Origin: Tubulanus polymorphus
Taxonomy: Eukaryota; Animalia; Nemertea
Length of the DNA stretch: 64,000 nucleotides
NCBI RefSeq assembly: GCF_964204645.1
Contig: NC_134028.1
Span: forward strand, 16,375,653-16,439,652
Reading direction: 5' to 3'
The notes under the pieces were generated by a model. It did not search any database and was not told the DNA's origin. It worked only from the letters and a program-made list of their open reading frames with translations. Position numbers and translations under genes: made by a program. This document shows, piece by piece, positions 50,014-64,000 of the stretch. Numbering within the stretch: position 1 is the stretch's first letter; the number at the start of each line of letters is the position of its first letter.

Positions 50014-51549
50014 TTATCAATGGATGACCTTTGCGACATTCTTGTCGCTGTTTAGACCCGGTAATTACGCGGGATTATTTCATAATAAAATACTATACTC
50101 AAATTCGAAATGGTCAGGTGCTAAGTTAAATTTGTGTCATAATTTAAAATAACGTTTTTAAGCTGTAAGTAGCCGAATCTGAGAGCAGTTACATTTCATG
50201 AAAAATTTTTAGCTGGAAAGTGGAAAATTTAATAATAATAATAATAATCAACAGAATTACAAGAGGGTTTCTGCGAAAGCAGCAGAATAGAAAATAATAG
50301 AAAAAACTACTAAATTCCCTCAAACAGTCATTTAGAAACAATGGCTCTCGGGAGGCCCTGGACCCACCCCTTCCTAGCCCGAGCGCCAAAACTCAAATCT
50401 TACTGCAACCCATGGTCGTGTGACTCTATTAGACCCTCACATTCACCTCCATACAGCTGTTTCGCGGTGGAAGCCCTGGTCTGCTATCTGCGTGCCTAAT
50501 GAGCTCGGTTTTTGGTCACCTCGTCGATCGTGAACGACCCGTGTTTATTACGAGCCTGTGATGTGTCATGCTTCAAGGTCTGAAGGTTCCGCTATTCGGC
50601 CAAAGTTAACTTGTACTTGTATCCTATACAACTTTTACACTCCGTGCATTTATTACTAGATCGGACACTAACCCTGAGCAGAAACATCCGACCGACCATC
50701 TTCCCAGACACGCCCAAGACGCCTAACAGGAACCGTGATTATGTTAGCACCCGAGAGACGACTGCTATGCTAACAGAGACTACAAGAGTCCGGAGGTTCG
50801 AAGAAGCAACGTCTGATTTATAAATTATGAACTACATAAAAGAAAGGCAAATTATGAAAAGAAATTGATATTCCATTAGAGAAGTTTGTTTAAAAAATTT
50901 AAATTAGTTTACCGTTTGCATGACGCACCTGGTAATGTTATTGTTTACATCTGACGTCATCGATAAAATGAGGCGCGCAGCTGAGCCTGCCTGTCAATCA
51001 ACATCATTGGTTTACACTAAAAATGCGCTTACTTGAAAAACTATGTAGTGTATCAATCTGGACTTTTCGACACAATATCCGATGCTAAATACCTTACTTT
51101 AAAGGTTTATTTGGTGTAAATCGGATCACAAATATTGGTTATATTTTGTTCTCAACTTTTGAAGTGGAAGCCGGTGTTGGCATCAACGTGTGTATGGCTG
51201 TACCGGCGCTTTAACAGAGCATTGATGCTGTATTTATGCGCGAATAGATATAATGATTTGTTTTAATCGCTAAATCGGCGTTCGTTATGCATGATTTTAA
51301 AAAATGATATTATTCAGAGTATTTGAATATATTTATCGTGAGAATTATAATATTCATAAGACAAGCGAATTATGAATGTGGACCTATTTCATTGAGAAGT
51401 TTCACTTAAACTGAAAAAAAATCTTCCGATCCTGTCACGTGACTTCGTGACTGCAACTTGACGATAGCTTAGGTTCCCATTCTACGAACCAAAAACCAAA
51501 GTCTACGTATGTTGCCTTCTGCCCTATTATACTTCTTGTAGAGCGCAGC

Positions 51550-52400
51550 CCGGGATTAAACGTCGGCGTTTAACATTTCTGGACCTATTTTCTGTGGTCG
51601 GAAGCACGACGCATCGTCGTTTGGAGCACTCGGTTCGATCAGAACGATTGGGTTCAGTTTAGTGTCGCTATTCGTGCTGTGCGGGAAAGTATTGAGTTCT
51701 ATGGGGAGGGTTACTATCGTAGCCATTGCTCGAGTTGCGTTTGACCGCGACAACTTGTAATTGATGGCCTCACCCTCGGCTTAAAAGACTCCACCACATT
51801 GGGGTTTGATTGGGCCCTGTGAAAGCCAAGATTCATTTATGATTTCTAATTTTTCTACCCAGCTGACGGTCGAGACTATTGTGGTTTTGGTTGTCAAATC
51901 TGCACCAAGATGCCCATTATGTGCACTCTCCCGGACACATCATCGTGTAGTTCGCATTCTGATAACAGAGTGTACCCATACCTACTAACAACCTACCGAT
52001 CGCTACCCTAATTTGTGTTTTGGCTGAGCTTTATTTTCCTCATCGGTAAGGACAACTGGTCCAGCTGGAGGCAGGGCCAACATTTTCTTCAGGGCTCGTT
52101 GCAGCCTACTATTTTCAGCCAGCTTTTTGCCCCATGCAACTCGAGCAGGAAAATTTTATTTGTGCGGGTGGGTCATCACTTGTTCCACTTTTTGAGCTTC
52201 AATCTCAATCCCTATATTCTAGCGAGGAAAATACGACTTATCGGCAGGTGGACAAGTCACTTTCTTCAGAAGCCGCCATATTCTTTCCGGTGATTACTGC
52301 TACGTTCGCGATTGCGAGTTCTCAGAGTATTACCCAGATCGCCGAGCTGATCAACAGCACTCGGTTATTGTGATTAATACTATTCAGACTTTGTGATCAG
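51550..52400 (-). pseudogene. Highly degenerate Gypsy-like integrase remnant
   Basis: Only short motifs: RESAHNGHLGADLT and FHRAQSN..VESF on the minus strand. Confidence 0.3.
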
Positions 52401-55049
52401 GATAGATAGTGGTCAGTCTTCATTTGGATTGAATCATTCAAACATTTGTAGACAGACAAGCAATATAACTTTGAATTCAATTCTGGTAGAGATTGGAGAG
52501 AGATAGCCCTTATCAATTTGATACCGATAACGCTAAGGGGGAAACGATGATTCAGTGATTTTTCGTCAGGACCGCCAGTGGCAATAGGTTACTGCGCATC
52601 AATTTTCTTCTACATTTTGAGTGAATTCTAATCTATTTTTCTCATTAGTTAATCAGTAATTCGGTACTATACAAGAGTGACAAAGCAGATCTTAAATATG
52701 TCTAATGACATATTACATCATTTTCGTATTTGGGCGCCTGAAAATAAAATTCAAATTCCATTGAAAATGTACCGATTTAATACTACGAATAACTTGTTTG
52801 GTTGCGCTACCTGGTTTCTATTTCCCATTGCACAAGAAATGCCATTGCTAACTTATACCAATGCGGTTCCTAAGCTGTGGTAGCAGGATATGCAAACTGA
52901 AATTTTCTTAAAGATCTGCATTCAATGTTGAAAGATTAACGTGGTTGTGGTGGGAATGGTGCTGTTTGTGCTGTTGGTGATGATTTATATTCATGATGAC
53001 GATTTATTGTCATCTATATTTTTACAGAATAAATGAATTAGCAGCAACATTAAATATGTTACATCAAATATGTAATAACATTAAATGAAGGACTGGTTTG
53101 AAGCAACAGTAAGCTTGTTCAAGTATTCGCTCAGTGCAATATCGCGGGGCTGAGAACACTGACCGTGATGAATTCATAAGTGTATATTTCTTTGAATTAG
53201 GTAGTCTCCTAAGCTTTGAACTCATAAATACAATTCAAAATGAACAGAAATATAAATTCCTTTCAATATATATGACAAGAACGAAGGAGAAATTAAGCAT
53301 CGCGAACTACTTACCTCCGCGCGAGCTGCCTGAAGAGTTTTTTTCCTACGGGGGGGATAGTTCCTTTCAAAACCAGACATTACATTTTCTTCAAACCGCT
53401 TTACCTGCCCCGGCTGAAATATATGAAATCGTTTACACACACGTAGGCCTATCGATTATGGGCCATGCAAATCATCATATTGGGAGTGAAGATATAAATA
53501 GATTTTTTTTTTAATCCATTACTTTGTTGTATCTAAAGTATATCAAGGAATTTATCATGTCCATTCTTTACACTATGATTAAATATGACGTTAATTGTAA
53601 TACATCACACCCTCCTGAAAACTAATTAGCCGCAAAGCTGAAAGATTTTCTCCTAGTTATTGCATCGGGAAAATGATTGTAGACAAAGTGTGGACGGGTT
53701 CAGAGGTGCGAAGACAATATAGATCTGCCAAACATCGACGGCTCTGATTGAAGCGAATGTTGTAGAAACTACATTTCTAGATGAATCCAGAGTTGGCAAG
53801 CCAAGACAACATCCAGTCGGTTAACCGGATGTAGGCTAAATTACTAGACGAACAGCACTATATAGGATAACTATTTATTTGACGCACAAGCTTTCCCTAC
53901 TAATGTATATCAGCGTTCATGGCATCCACTTACTACTAGTCTCGGTATTCATGCACAAGCTTGGAATTACTGCGGGACCATCTGCTATCATGAGTATTTT
54001 TGGGTGATGGAGGAAGCGATATGTCGCAATCATTTTCACGAGCAATTTTCTGCCATGAATTTGGCTAACACTTTTTATGGCGCTTTCATGGTGCCAATTA
54101 TTTCAGAATTATTTCTGCTCATAAAACTAGCCTAAACTTACCGTCGGTCGGTGCATACGCCAGAATGCTCTTTCTTGACTATCAATTATTACTTTATCTG
54201 ACTTTTTCTTTTCCTTGACCAGTCTGGAAAAACCAAATGCTTTAATATTCTGAACCTTCTATCATAGAAACATTTCTTATCGAAACATTTTCACTCAAAT
54301 GCGATTCATATTCAAGATCGTGGGGGTATCAAAATAGGCAATACCTATAATATACACATTACAATCGTGTTTTCATAGGTAGCACAGACAGGGAGTTGTT
54401 TGGAACAAATACCTCGGATCAATCTTTTCCCTAGGTCTAATTGATTTTAGCGCAGAATGGAATTGAATTGGACTATCTGAAATTTGCTCAATGATACAAA
54501 ATGAATTTGATTTGTTGTTTGATTTGATCTGTGAAGTGAAATTGAATTGGATTTGATATTTTTTGCAAAATTAAATTTGATCTAATTTTCAGTTTGATCA
54601 CATAGCTAATTAGCATATCAAGGTTTTTGTAATAAGTAACTCTATTAACGAAAGAAAAATTTTACGGAATAAAAATATGCTGAAGACTTTTGAAAAGACA
54701 TTATTAGCAACACATTAGATAAACAGTTAATTTGCTACCAAAACATAATTTACTAAATGTTACATAAGAAATAGTACGAAGTTGAATATAACAAATAAAC
54801 TATAAAAATTTGCGTTAACTAAACTAAGGATGAATGGATATTGGTTTCAAAAGGAGTAAATATTGATTTGTTTCCATAAATTTTGAAGTGTTGTATATTA
54901 TTCGAATATTTGTATTGCAGGTTAAGCTAGCACTTCCAAAAAGAAACAATTGGCACTTTTCAAAGGAATTTAGTCTTTGGAAAGCAATAAATAATCAATT
55001 CTGAATATTATCTTGGTTGGTAGTGAGGTCAATGATATTTTGATGAAGG

Positions 55050-57150
55050 ACTGGGTTCCTGCATGTTGACATAAAGTGGATGGTACCCGGGTATTTAATA
55101 TAATGTTTCAGTAGTAACAATTTGATGAAATAACATTTAGAAAGTTGTGATTATAAAGATGACTTTTCAACAGTAGGTCTACTCCTAGCCTATTTAAGCA
55201 TTTCTTCACTACGAGAAATATTTGGAATTAGATAAGATGGAATAACAGGCATGTTACAATTACGGTGTAGTATCTTTGATTTAAACAGAGAAATTGTAGC
55301 ACTGCTTCTTATATCCAGACGTGTGTGATTGCAAGTAGTCATAAGTTAATAGAAGAGGGTGGGGGTGAAGAATGTTTTGCAGATTAGTGAGCTGGAATAC
55401 GATATGGTCTATTAGATCTATTATATGGAAGTCTAATTTCAATGATATTGCCAAATAATGATAGAACAGAGGAAGGTTTATTTCCGGTATTTACATTCTA
55501 CATAAAGAGTTGTAGTTTTTCGTAGCATCTACTTACAAGATTCTGCCTATTGAGGATGTTGAAAACTTTGTTCGAGTTTGATCCTTTAATGCAGCCGGTA
55601 CCAATAGAGCAGTTTGGTAATGAAGAATTTCCAATTTTGCTAAATTTAATTTCAAACAGCTGTTATACAGGATATCACGATACTCGAAATGGGGGTAGAC
55701 AAAAGACTTATAGATTCTATAGAGATGAGCTGATTTTAATTTCTTGGCAAAGAATTTCAGAGATTTTATTGCCTTCTGAACTTTAGTGGCCACCATGTCA
55801 ACATGGTATTGAAATAAAGCCTAAGTGTTTATGGTGAGTAACAGATGGAAATTGAGCATTGTTTAAAAGTAGAGGGTTATATGCCTTATTGCCTCTTTTA
55901 GTGAACGTTAAATCACAACTTTTGGACGGTTCAATATTTAATTTCCAGCGTAGGGCACAATATTCACTATACTATATTTTAGTAGATACATCAGGATCAT
56001 TGGGATCAATAGGAATATAAAGAGATTTATCATCTGCATATAGGAAGACAGTGCTAGTTAGACGACCTAGAAGATCATTGATATACAAAAGAAACAGCAT
56101 CAGTCCGAGAATCGAACCCTCTGGAACAGAACAATCAATAAAATGATCATAAGACTGCTCCGACAAAACATCATCTACACGTACTCGTATATGCCTATTT
56201 TCTAGGTATGATGTAATCAGGTTGAGTGATTTTCCACGGATTCCATACGACTTTAATTTGCATCAAAGCAAATCACGGGGAACTGAGTCAAATGCCGCAC
56301 TGATGTCTGAATACATAGACCTGACATCCTTGTATTTTTTTCAAATTGTTCGAAAATATGAGAAGTAATTGACGAGAGTTGATCACTAGAACTATTGCCA
56401 CGAAGGAAGCCAGATGAGTTTTTATAGATTAAATTGAATTGTTAAGTGTTCAATGATAGGGTCATATAGAACTCTTTCAAATAGGTTTCATAATGTACTT
56501 AAGAATGTAAGTGGCCTGCAGTTAATCGGATCTGATTTATCACCTTTATGTATGACAGTTACTACACCGAGTTTCCAAATACATAGGAAGACTTCATTTT
56601 CAAGCAGCAAGTTAAATAATTTAAACGAGAATTATAAGAGTAACCCTAATTACCCCCAAAACGCCAATACCTATCATTCTAAAAGTTCAGGTTTCAGCGT
56701 TTAGTGGTGGGAGGAATGTACCTCACTGATTCAATATACCTTGAATATAAGACTCAGTTCCATTTTCTTTTATTTGACATATGACAACATTTCGAGTTTG
56801 TGATATATTTCACGGATTTCGCTGTTCGATGCGACGAATTATTAAGGTAATGAAATGTTCCTCCCGATGCCCATTCTTTGAATATCAGACCTGAAGGTCA
56901 AGTTCTGTCAGGAAGACATAAATAACTAACATATAACGAATTCCATTCAACGTATATACAAGGTTTATTAAGAGTAATTTCATACACTTCCGCCCTGCTT
57001 GCGAGAGCTCTAGTACACACACAACCAACGCCCTCTACAACACCACCGCGCATGTCACGCGGGAAAATAATAATACAATATAATCCGTGGCGGGAAAATA
57101 TTCCCGACAAGTTCTCTTCGTTTGACATTGGCAGGAATATTCCTCACAAA
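55050..57150 (-). mobile_element. Decayed CR1-like LINE (endonuclease plus RT)
   Basis: DISAAFDSV, YGIRG, VPEGSILG..FLLYIND..LYADD, HKHLG, IYKSFV.PHFEY. Confidence 0.8.
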
Positions 57151-57663
57151 TCCATTTGTTCGAATATCAGACCCCTTGGTCCAGTTTCCATTGTTTGACT
57201 TTCTTCCCTTCGCTGTCAATTTTCACAGTACCGGTCCACTTAATTGGCGATCAAAAAACGCGCGGCTCAGATAACTATTGTGTGTCTATCGCGTTCTGCG
57301 CTTGAATCGCTTACGTTATCTTTTCTGTAAATGTGAAGACCTCGGGGGCATTATTTTCTCGACATTACCCCATAATTGGGACTGTTAATAGGTTGATTTT
57401 ACGGCAGAGTCGACATGTATCAACAATTTTAAACTGTTCATTTATGAATATTTGAGGACTTTGTAACTGGTCTCGAACCCGTTATTATGTATATAGTTTA
57501 TCGTCGGTAATTAGTGTAATGTATAGTGTAATGAATCACCAATAGGTGCGTTCTCTTAGAAGTGAATCCATTGTCCGAGTAAGTTCGTTGTTCTTTTGTT
57601 CGGGATAAATTGCCCCTTTATAGTCTATCGTTGGAGCGTAGATCATCCTTAAAGGAGGTATTA

Positions 57664-58409
57664 GACATTTAGAAGACCGGATCGTTACACTGGTGGTGGC
57701 GTTAAAGGGCAAATGCCATCAAAATTGTACTTTCCGCGATTTCTTAACCAGAAGAAACTTTAGTATACATATAACGACCTGAGATGAATTAGACGACCTT
57801 ATTGAAAAAAGGAGCACGAATTAGCCGTAATAGTTAGCGGAATAGTCATCTATTTATCCTTCACTCCGTGCGTATAGTTCATATTCAACCCGCGGGTGGC
57901 GCTATTTATGATGTTAACCATGGCAATCAACACAAGCACGTGTGCGGCCTAGTGCGCGTAGCCTATGGATAATCGATAAAATAAACACCATTTGTTCACC
58001 GTATTCACTGGCCTACAGCGCTACTCACTTATATACGACATTTAGAAGACAGGATCGTTACACTGGTGGTGGCGTTAAAGGGCAAATGCCATCAAAATTG
58101 TACTTTCCGCGATTTCTTAACCAGAAGAAACTTTAGTATACATATAACGACCTGAGATGAATTAGACGACCTTATTGAAAAAAGGAGCACAAATTAGCCT
58201 TAATAGTTAGCGGAATAGTCATCTATTTATCCTTCACTCCGTGCGTATAGTTCATATTCAACCCGCGGGTGGCGCTATTTATGATGTTAACCATGACAAT
58301 CAACACAAGCACGTGTGCGGCCTAGTGCGCGTAGCCTATGTATAATCGATAAAATAAACACCATTTGTTCACCGTATTCACTGACCTACAGCGCTACTCA
58401 CTTATATAC
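57664..58409. repeat. 373-bp near-perfect tandem duplication
   Basis: 57664-58036 and 58037-58409 differ at only a few positions. Confidence 0.95.
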
Positions 58410-58735
58410 GATTATCATGCCATCTACAACGGTAGCAACACTATTCAATGGTAAGAGTTTATTAATTCAAATCACTCCAAAACCATATAATATCGCATGA
58501 AATGTCTAGTGAAATGATTGCAAGCCGTGAGCGTTTGTCAGAGATGACGTCAGAAACACGCACCTGCTAAGATAAACAATAACAGTGAGCACGTGCTGAA
58601 ATTGCCGATTTAAAAGTCACATGTCTCAGTAATGGCTGAACTAAAATTCAAACCAGTTCCATATTTGATATTTGTGAATACATCACATTTGAAAATGAAT
58701 TTTACACAATATTTTATTTTGATGGCATATGCTCT
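58079..58735. mobile_element. MITE with TTAA target site (Kolobok-like)
   Basis: TTAA|AGGGCAAATGCCATCAAAAT ... ATTTTGATGGCATATGCTCT|TTAA. The left end is also duplicated at 57706. Confidence 0.72.
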
Positions 58736-59159
58736 TTAATGGGATAGGAGAGCATTACGGCCGTATTATTGAGTTGAATCGCAACCCTTTGTTTTTCGAG
58801 AAGCGTGTGAGCGTGAGTAGTCTGACCTACTTCCTTACGACTGCGGTATCGCGGATACTCTTCAGTAGTTAAACCATTGTTATACGCTTGCTTTAATAGC
58901 GGGGATGATTTCAGACATTAGCTACAGTTTATGCACATAGGTTGATAGGTGCATGAAAAGAGAATCCAAATCGCCACCAGGGACCGGGGAGGATGCCCGG
59001 GTAAAAGTCCCGTGCCCAAAAATGTACAGTATGGGGCAAAATTTTCCCGTCTAGTTAGAGCAATTTTGATGTCAGTTAAACAAAGTCGGAATATATATTA
59101 GAACCGGAATGTACTAATTGTGACGTTTATTGTGCGAACAATTTCGCTTTAAAATTTTC

Positions 59160-61519
59160 AACACCTTGTGAGGGAAAACCGTTGAGTGTATTTCATGCTA
59201 ACGTCCGAAGTGTCAAGAAGAACTTCGATAACTTCAGTGATTACCTTCAAACTCTGAACCATCAATTCTCTGTAATTGGATTATCCGAAACATGGACTGA
59301 CGAGAATATCCCAAATGTATCACATCCCAAACTACACTAGTGTTTTTCGAAGTAGATCGAATAAAAAGGGTGGTGGTGTAGGTATCTTAATAAATAATAC
59401 ATTTCGATATAAAATTAGGGAGGATTTAGTTATTGGTGAATCTATATTTGCTGAATTATCTTATTCAAAAAAAATACTATCGTTGGTGTTTTGTATTGTG
59501 CGCCTGATTCTGATTTAACAAACTTTATTTATGAATTCAATAAATTTACACATCTGGTTAACAAGGAAAATTTGAATGTTATATTAATGGGTGACTATAA
59601 TATTGACTTAAGCAAAATTGGAAAAAATTCTTTGTATGAGAGTTTCATAAATATTGCGAGCTCTAATTCATTTTCACCGCTTATTAATTTACCACTAGAG
59701 TTACTGAGCAATCTGCTACGGTAATAGATAACATATTAATTAATTTTAGCCAAGAGTCTAAAATTTTAAGTGGGGTCTTCCTTAACGATATCACAGATCA
59801 TTACCCGATTTTTGCTGTGATGGATATTTTAAATGAGAAATATAATCCCAATTCCCTATAATTCAGATCCGTGATATTAATCCAAGGTCAATCGAAACAT
59901 TTTCCCGATCATTGTTAGCCAGCGATTGGCAGTGTGTTTACAATAGCAATAGTCCAGAAAAGTCTTGTAACGAATTCTATAATATTGTAAATACGTGTTA
60001 TGAAGCATGTTTTCCGGTTAAGTATATTACACCCAAACAACACAATAAACCATGGATTACAGCCGGGATCAAAACGTCTATCAAAATTAAGGATAAATTA
60101 TATAGAAAACATATAGGTAAAAGAAGTATTGTAAATATAGGAATTTCTTAAACTCTTTACTTAGAAAAATTAAAGAACGTTATTACAAAGTAAAATTGTT
60201 ATCGTGTCAATATGATTCTAAGGAAACTTGGAAAATAATCAATTCATTACTTAATAAGACCAAAAATAAGAAGTGTAATTCCGAGTTTTTACACAATAAC
60301 AGGGTTATTACTGATGAACTAGAAATTGCAAACCAGTTCAATGATTATTTTGTAAATATTGCTTCATCTCTTGAGTCTAAAATTCCAAATTCCACTCACG
60401 ATTTTAAACAATATCTTGGCGATAAAAACGACGAAAACTTTTTTCTCTCACCTACATACCCCTCAGAAGAATTGTATCTAACTTACAAAGTAAACCATCG
60501 TGTGGATGTGACAATATCAGCAATAAATTACTCAAATCTATTATTTCCGCTATTTCAAGTCCCTTAACTCATATCTTTAATTGTAGCTTTGTCACAGGTA
60601 TAGTTCCCAATATTTTCAAAATCGCTTACATAACCACTATTTACAAAATGGGTGATAAGTCTTCTTTTAGTAACTACCGCCCTATTTCTGTTCTACCTTC
60701 AATTTCAAAAGTGTTGGAAAAACTTGTTTACAATCGGTTGATAAAATTTCTTGACAAATTTTCATAGACTTATCAAAAGCATTTGATACAATTAATCACA
60801 AAATCCTAAATTCAAAATTAGAACATTACAGTATACGTGGCATACAATATCTCTGGTTCCAAAATTATCTAACTAATAGAAAAAAAGCACTGAAGTTCAA
60901 TAACTGTTTATCCTCAACTCTCGACATTAATTCTGGTGTCCCTCAAGGCTCTATCCTAGGGCCGCTATTATTTTTGATTTATATCAATGACTGCCCTTCC
61001 TCCTGTAAAGCATTAGAGTCAATTCTTTTTGCTGACGACAACAACTTTTTTTACAGCCATCATGATCCAAAATTTGTCGAATACACCTTGAATTCAGAGT
61101 TGGCTAATCTCTTGCAATGGTTTCGGGCGAATAGATTGCCTGTAAATGTAGGAAAAAACCCAGTATATCATTTTTGGTAATAAAGACCATATTAAACTCA
61201 CCAGTCGTCTGGATGACCAAATTATCAAACGTGTTGATTCTACAAAGTTTCTAGGTGTTATATTTGATCACAATTTAACCTGGAAGGAGCATATATCTTT
61301 TACGTGTAAAAAAGTATCTCGTGGAATTGGTATAATCAATAGATTAAAGTACATTTTACCTTCAGATATTCTAAAAAATCTCTACTATTGTTTCGTTCAC
61401 TCACACCTACATTATGCCAATCTTATTCGGGGACATGCCAGTAAAATTTATTTGCAACCATTATACATCCTTCAGAAAAAAGCCCTTCGGATAATCACTC
61501 GTTCAGATTGGCTTGAACA
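59160..61519 (+). mobile_element. Decayed CR1-group LINE ORF2 (APE endonuclease plus RT)
   Basis: HANVRS, GLSETW, GGGVG, MGDYN, TDHYP, KPWIT, NYRPIS, GVPQGSILGPLLFLIYIND, FADD, KFLGV. Confidence 0.88.
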
Positions 61520-64000
61520 TAATAGTAATAATAATAATTTATTGAGCCTAAAATCCATATAAAATATGCTCATTGGCTTTACAATATAAAGACACAATTT
61601 AAAAATAAAGATAGAAAAAACAATTTACATCATTAGTTAAAAGCTTTAGTGAACAAATGGGTTTTAAGTTGCGATTTAAAAACATCAGTAGAAGGACTAG
61701 ATTTAATTGCATCTGGTAAGGAGTTCCAAAGTAGTGGGGCGGAGTAAGAAAAGGCCCTGTGACCCGCACAGACTAACTAGATTGACACGAGGGATGACTA
61801 GAAGTGATTGACTGTTTGATCTTAACACTCTAGAGGATGCCTTGTATTGCACTAATGATTTCAAATAGTGTGGGGCCTGACCATTCAAGGATTTATAAGT
61901 AAGGATCAAGATTTTAAATTGGATGCGGTATTTGATTGGAAGCCAATGCAGATCGTGTAGAATCGGTGTTATGTGACAAAATTTTGAGTTTCGAGTCAGG
62001 ATCCGGACAGCAGAATTTTGAACACGTTGTAATTTATCTAAAATAATGTCAGGGAGGCCAAAAAGTAAAGAGTTGCAATAGTCAAGGCGAGTTGTCACAA
62101 AAGCGTGAATAAGGCGTTCAGCAATTCCTTGATTCAAAAACTGTCCGATCTTACTAATGTTTCTAAGGTGATAAAAAGCTACAGAGCATAAGTGGTTTAC
62201 ATGTTTTACCATGGACATGATTTATCTGACCAATTCGGTGTTTAACACGAGCGAGTAGAGTATCGTGGTCAATAGTGTCGAAGGCGGCGCTCAAATCGAG
62301 CATAACCAGCCCAACTACCATACCCTGGTCAATTGACATCAAAATATCATTTAGAACACGTACAAGAGCAGTCTCTGTACTACAACCTGACTTATAAGCC
62401 GACTGGTAAACCTAATGTAAACCATTATTTTGAAGACGTTGATTAAGCTGATGAGCTACTACTCGCTCCATTACTTTTGATATGAAATGCTGAGTAGACA
62501 CTGGTCGGTAATTCTTGAGACATTCAACATCAAGACTAGGTTTTTTTTAAAGTGGATGAATATATGCAACTTTATAAGAGTCCGGAAAAACACCGAGACA
62601 TTTGTTAATCATAACAGTAAAAAACGGAATGAGGTAAGGTAGAGCTGCTTTTAACAGCCATGTAGGAATGGCATCGAGTTTACAATGCTTAGAAGGAGAC
62701 TGCATTATAAATTTGGCCAGCTCAGCCTCTGTAACCAACTTAAATTCATCCAAGTGAATACCATTGAATTCGGGTTCGTCCAAGACTGTAGTTGAAGGAC
62801 TAGGATAATCAAGTTTGTCCCTGATGTTGGTTATCTTTGCTTGAAAGAAATTAGCAAAGTTGTTGGCGAGTACAGTCTTGGTGGAACACGATGGTAAATG
62901 AGTAGTACATTTGCGGTTTAGGAGGTTATCTATAATTTCAGACAACCTCTTAGGATTGTTATAATTACTATTTATCTTATCAGCTAAATGCTGTTTTTAG
63001 CTGATAAGATGAGACAATTTACAAAATTTCTCTGAGTAACGAACATTTCTCTATGAATTGAAAGTTTAGTTGCTCGCCATTGCTTTTCCAATTTACGGCG
63101 TAGCTTTTTAGCTATGCGAATGTCATCATTAAACCAAGGAGCGTGGGGACGAAGTATAATTGGCTTTGTAACAACAGGGGCATGTTCGTCCAGTGAAGAG
63201 GTCAGAGCAGCGTCTAGCTCCAAGGCCATGACGCGGGGATCGCGAAAATTTAAAATATCCACTCTACTCTTGAACGACTCACTGAATTCACAGACATTGA
63301 TATTTCTAAGTTTTCTGTAAGATATAGTTTTAGTTGAAGCACACGGACGTGAGATGTTGACAGTAAAGTTAACTGGAAAATGATCGGAAAGTCCAATATC
63401 AGCAGCATTGATAGATCGAACAAATGAATCTTCAGAAAGGCGGGTGATCACTAAATCCAATGTATGGCCCTTCCTGTACGTTGGTACATTGACATGTTGA
63501 CAGAGGTTGAAGGAATGCAGAAATGATAAAAATCTCTTGGCAGTTGAATCTTTTCGATCATCCACATGGAAATTTATATCACCAACAACTAATAATTTAC
63601 TAGAACAAGCAATGGTTTCTTCTAGGAGATTTCCAAATTCAGTCAGAAACTGGGAAACAGTAAATCTATTCTTTCTGTTTGGAGGTGGGCGATAAATGTT
63701 TATCAGACGTATACAGTCTTCTTTAAAAATCAAGTCTATAGTTATCGCATCGAAACTCTTGGCATTTGGAAGTTTAACCTCCTTCGGTTGGAAGGTGGCA
63801 TCATAGATAATTCCGGCACCGCCGCCCTTTCCATTACACCTGGGTGAGTGCATTAAGTTATAACCAGACTGTTTAAAGTTGGCCTTCAAAATGCAGTCAT
63901 TATCGGTCATCCAAGTTTCAGATACAGCAGCAATTGAGACTGAATGATCAAAAAGATAATCAGATACGGCTAGCGATTTGTTACAGATAGATTGAGCATT
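61520..64000 (-). mobile_element. L2-clade LINE inserted into the CR1, continues past the window end
   Basis: APE (SETW, IYRPP, GDIN, GHTLDLVI, SDH), DLSAAFDTIDH, TTRLDYCNSLL..LHWLP..RIQFK. 3' AATAAA plus (ATT)n tail at 61520-61545. The RT core is deleted near 62225. Confidence 0.9.

Noticed and set aside
53655-53765. LDL-receptor class A-like exon (RCEDNID..DGSD.SEC)
   Set aside because: In-frame stops, missing cysteines and no supporting exons.

Overview
AT-rich eukaryotic DNA, probably from a marine invertebrate (inferred from the repeat families). It is almost entirely nested mobile elements, with no recognisable intact host gene. The main component is an 11.2-kb Polinton/adintovirus-like endogenous element (29596-40832). 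It has ~510-535-bp TIRs, a 6-bp TSD (CATACT) and decayed genes for pPolB, HNH nuclease, ATPase, major and minor capsid and membrane proteins, and it sits inside a Helentron-type (HINE) repeat. Three more remnants of the same family lie at ~1-3850, ~24650-27860 (with the integrase) and ~44984-45425. The window also holds two BEL/Pao LTR retrotransposons, a 5'-truncated Penelope element with a hammerhead ribozyme, an intron-containing tyrosine-recombinase (Crypton-like) gene with zinc fingers, several CR1/L2 LINEs, MITEs and satellites. The most unusual signal is that all four visible ends of the Polinton-like family are 122-155-bp fold-back hairpins. They show covarying arms, a conserved loop in fixed orientation, and mismatches that are nearly all G.T wobbles on the 3'-terminal strand. 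All protein calls rest on motif recognition by eye; no database search was run.
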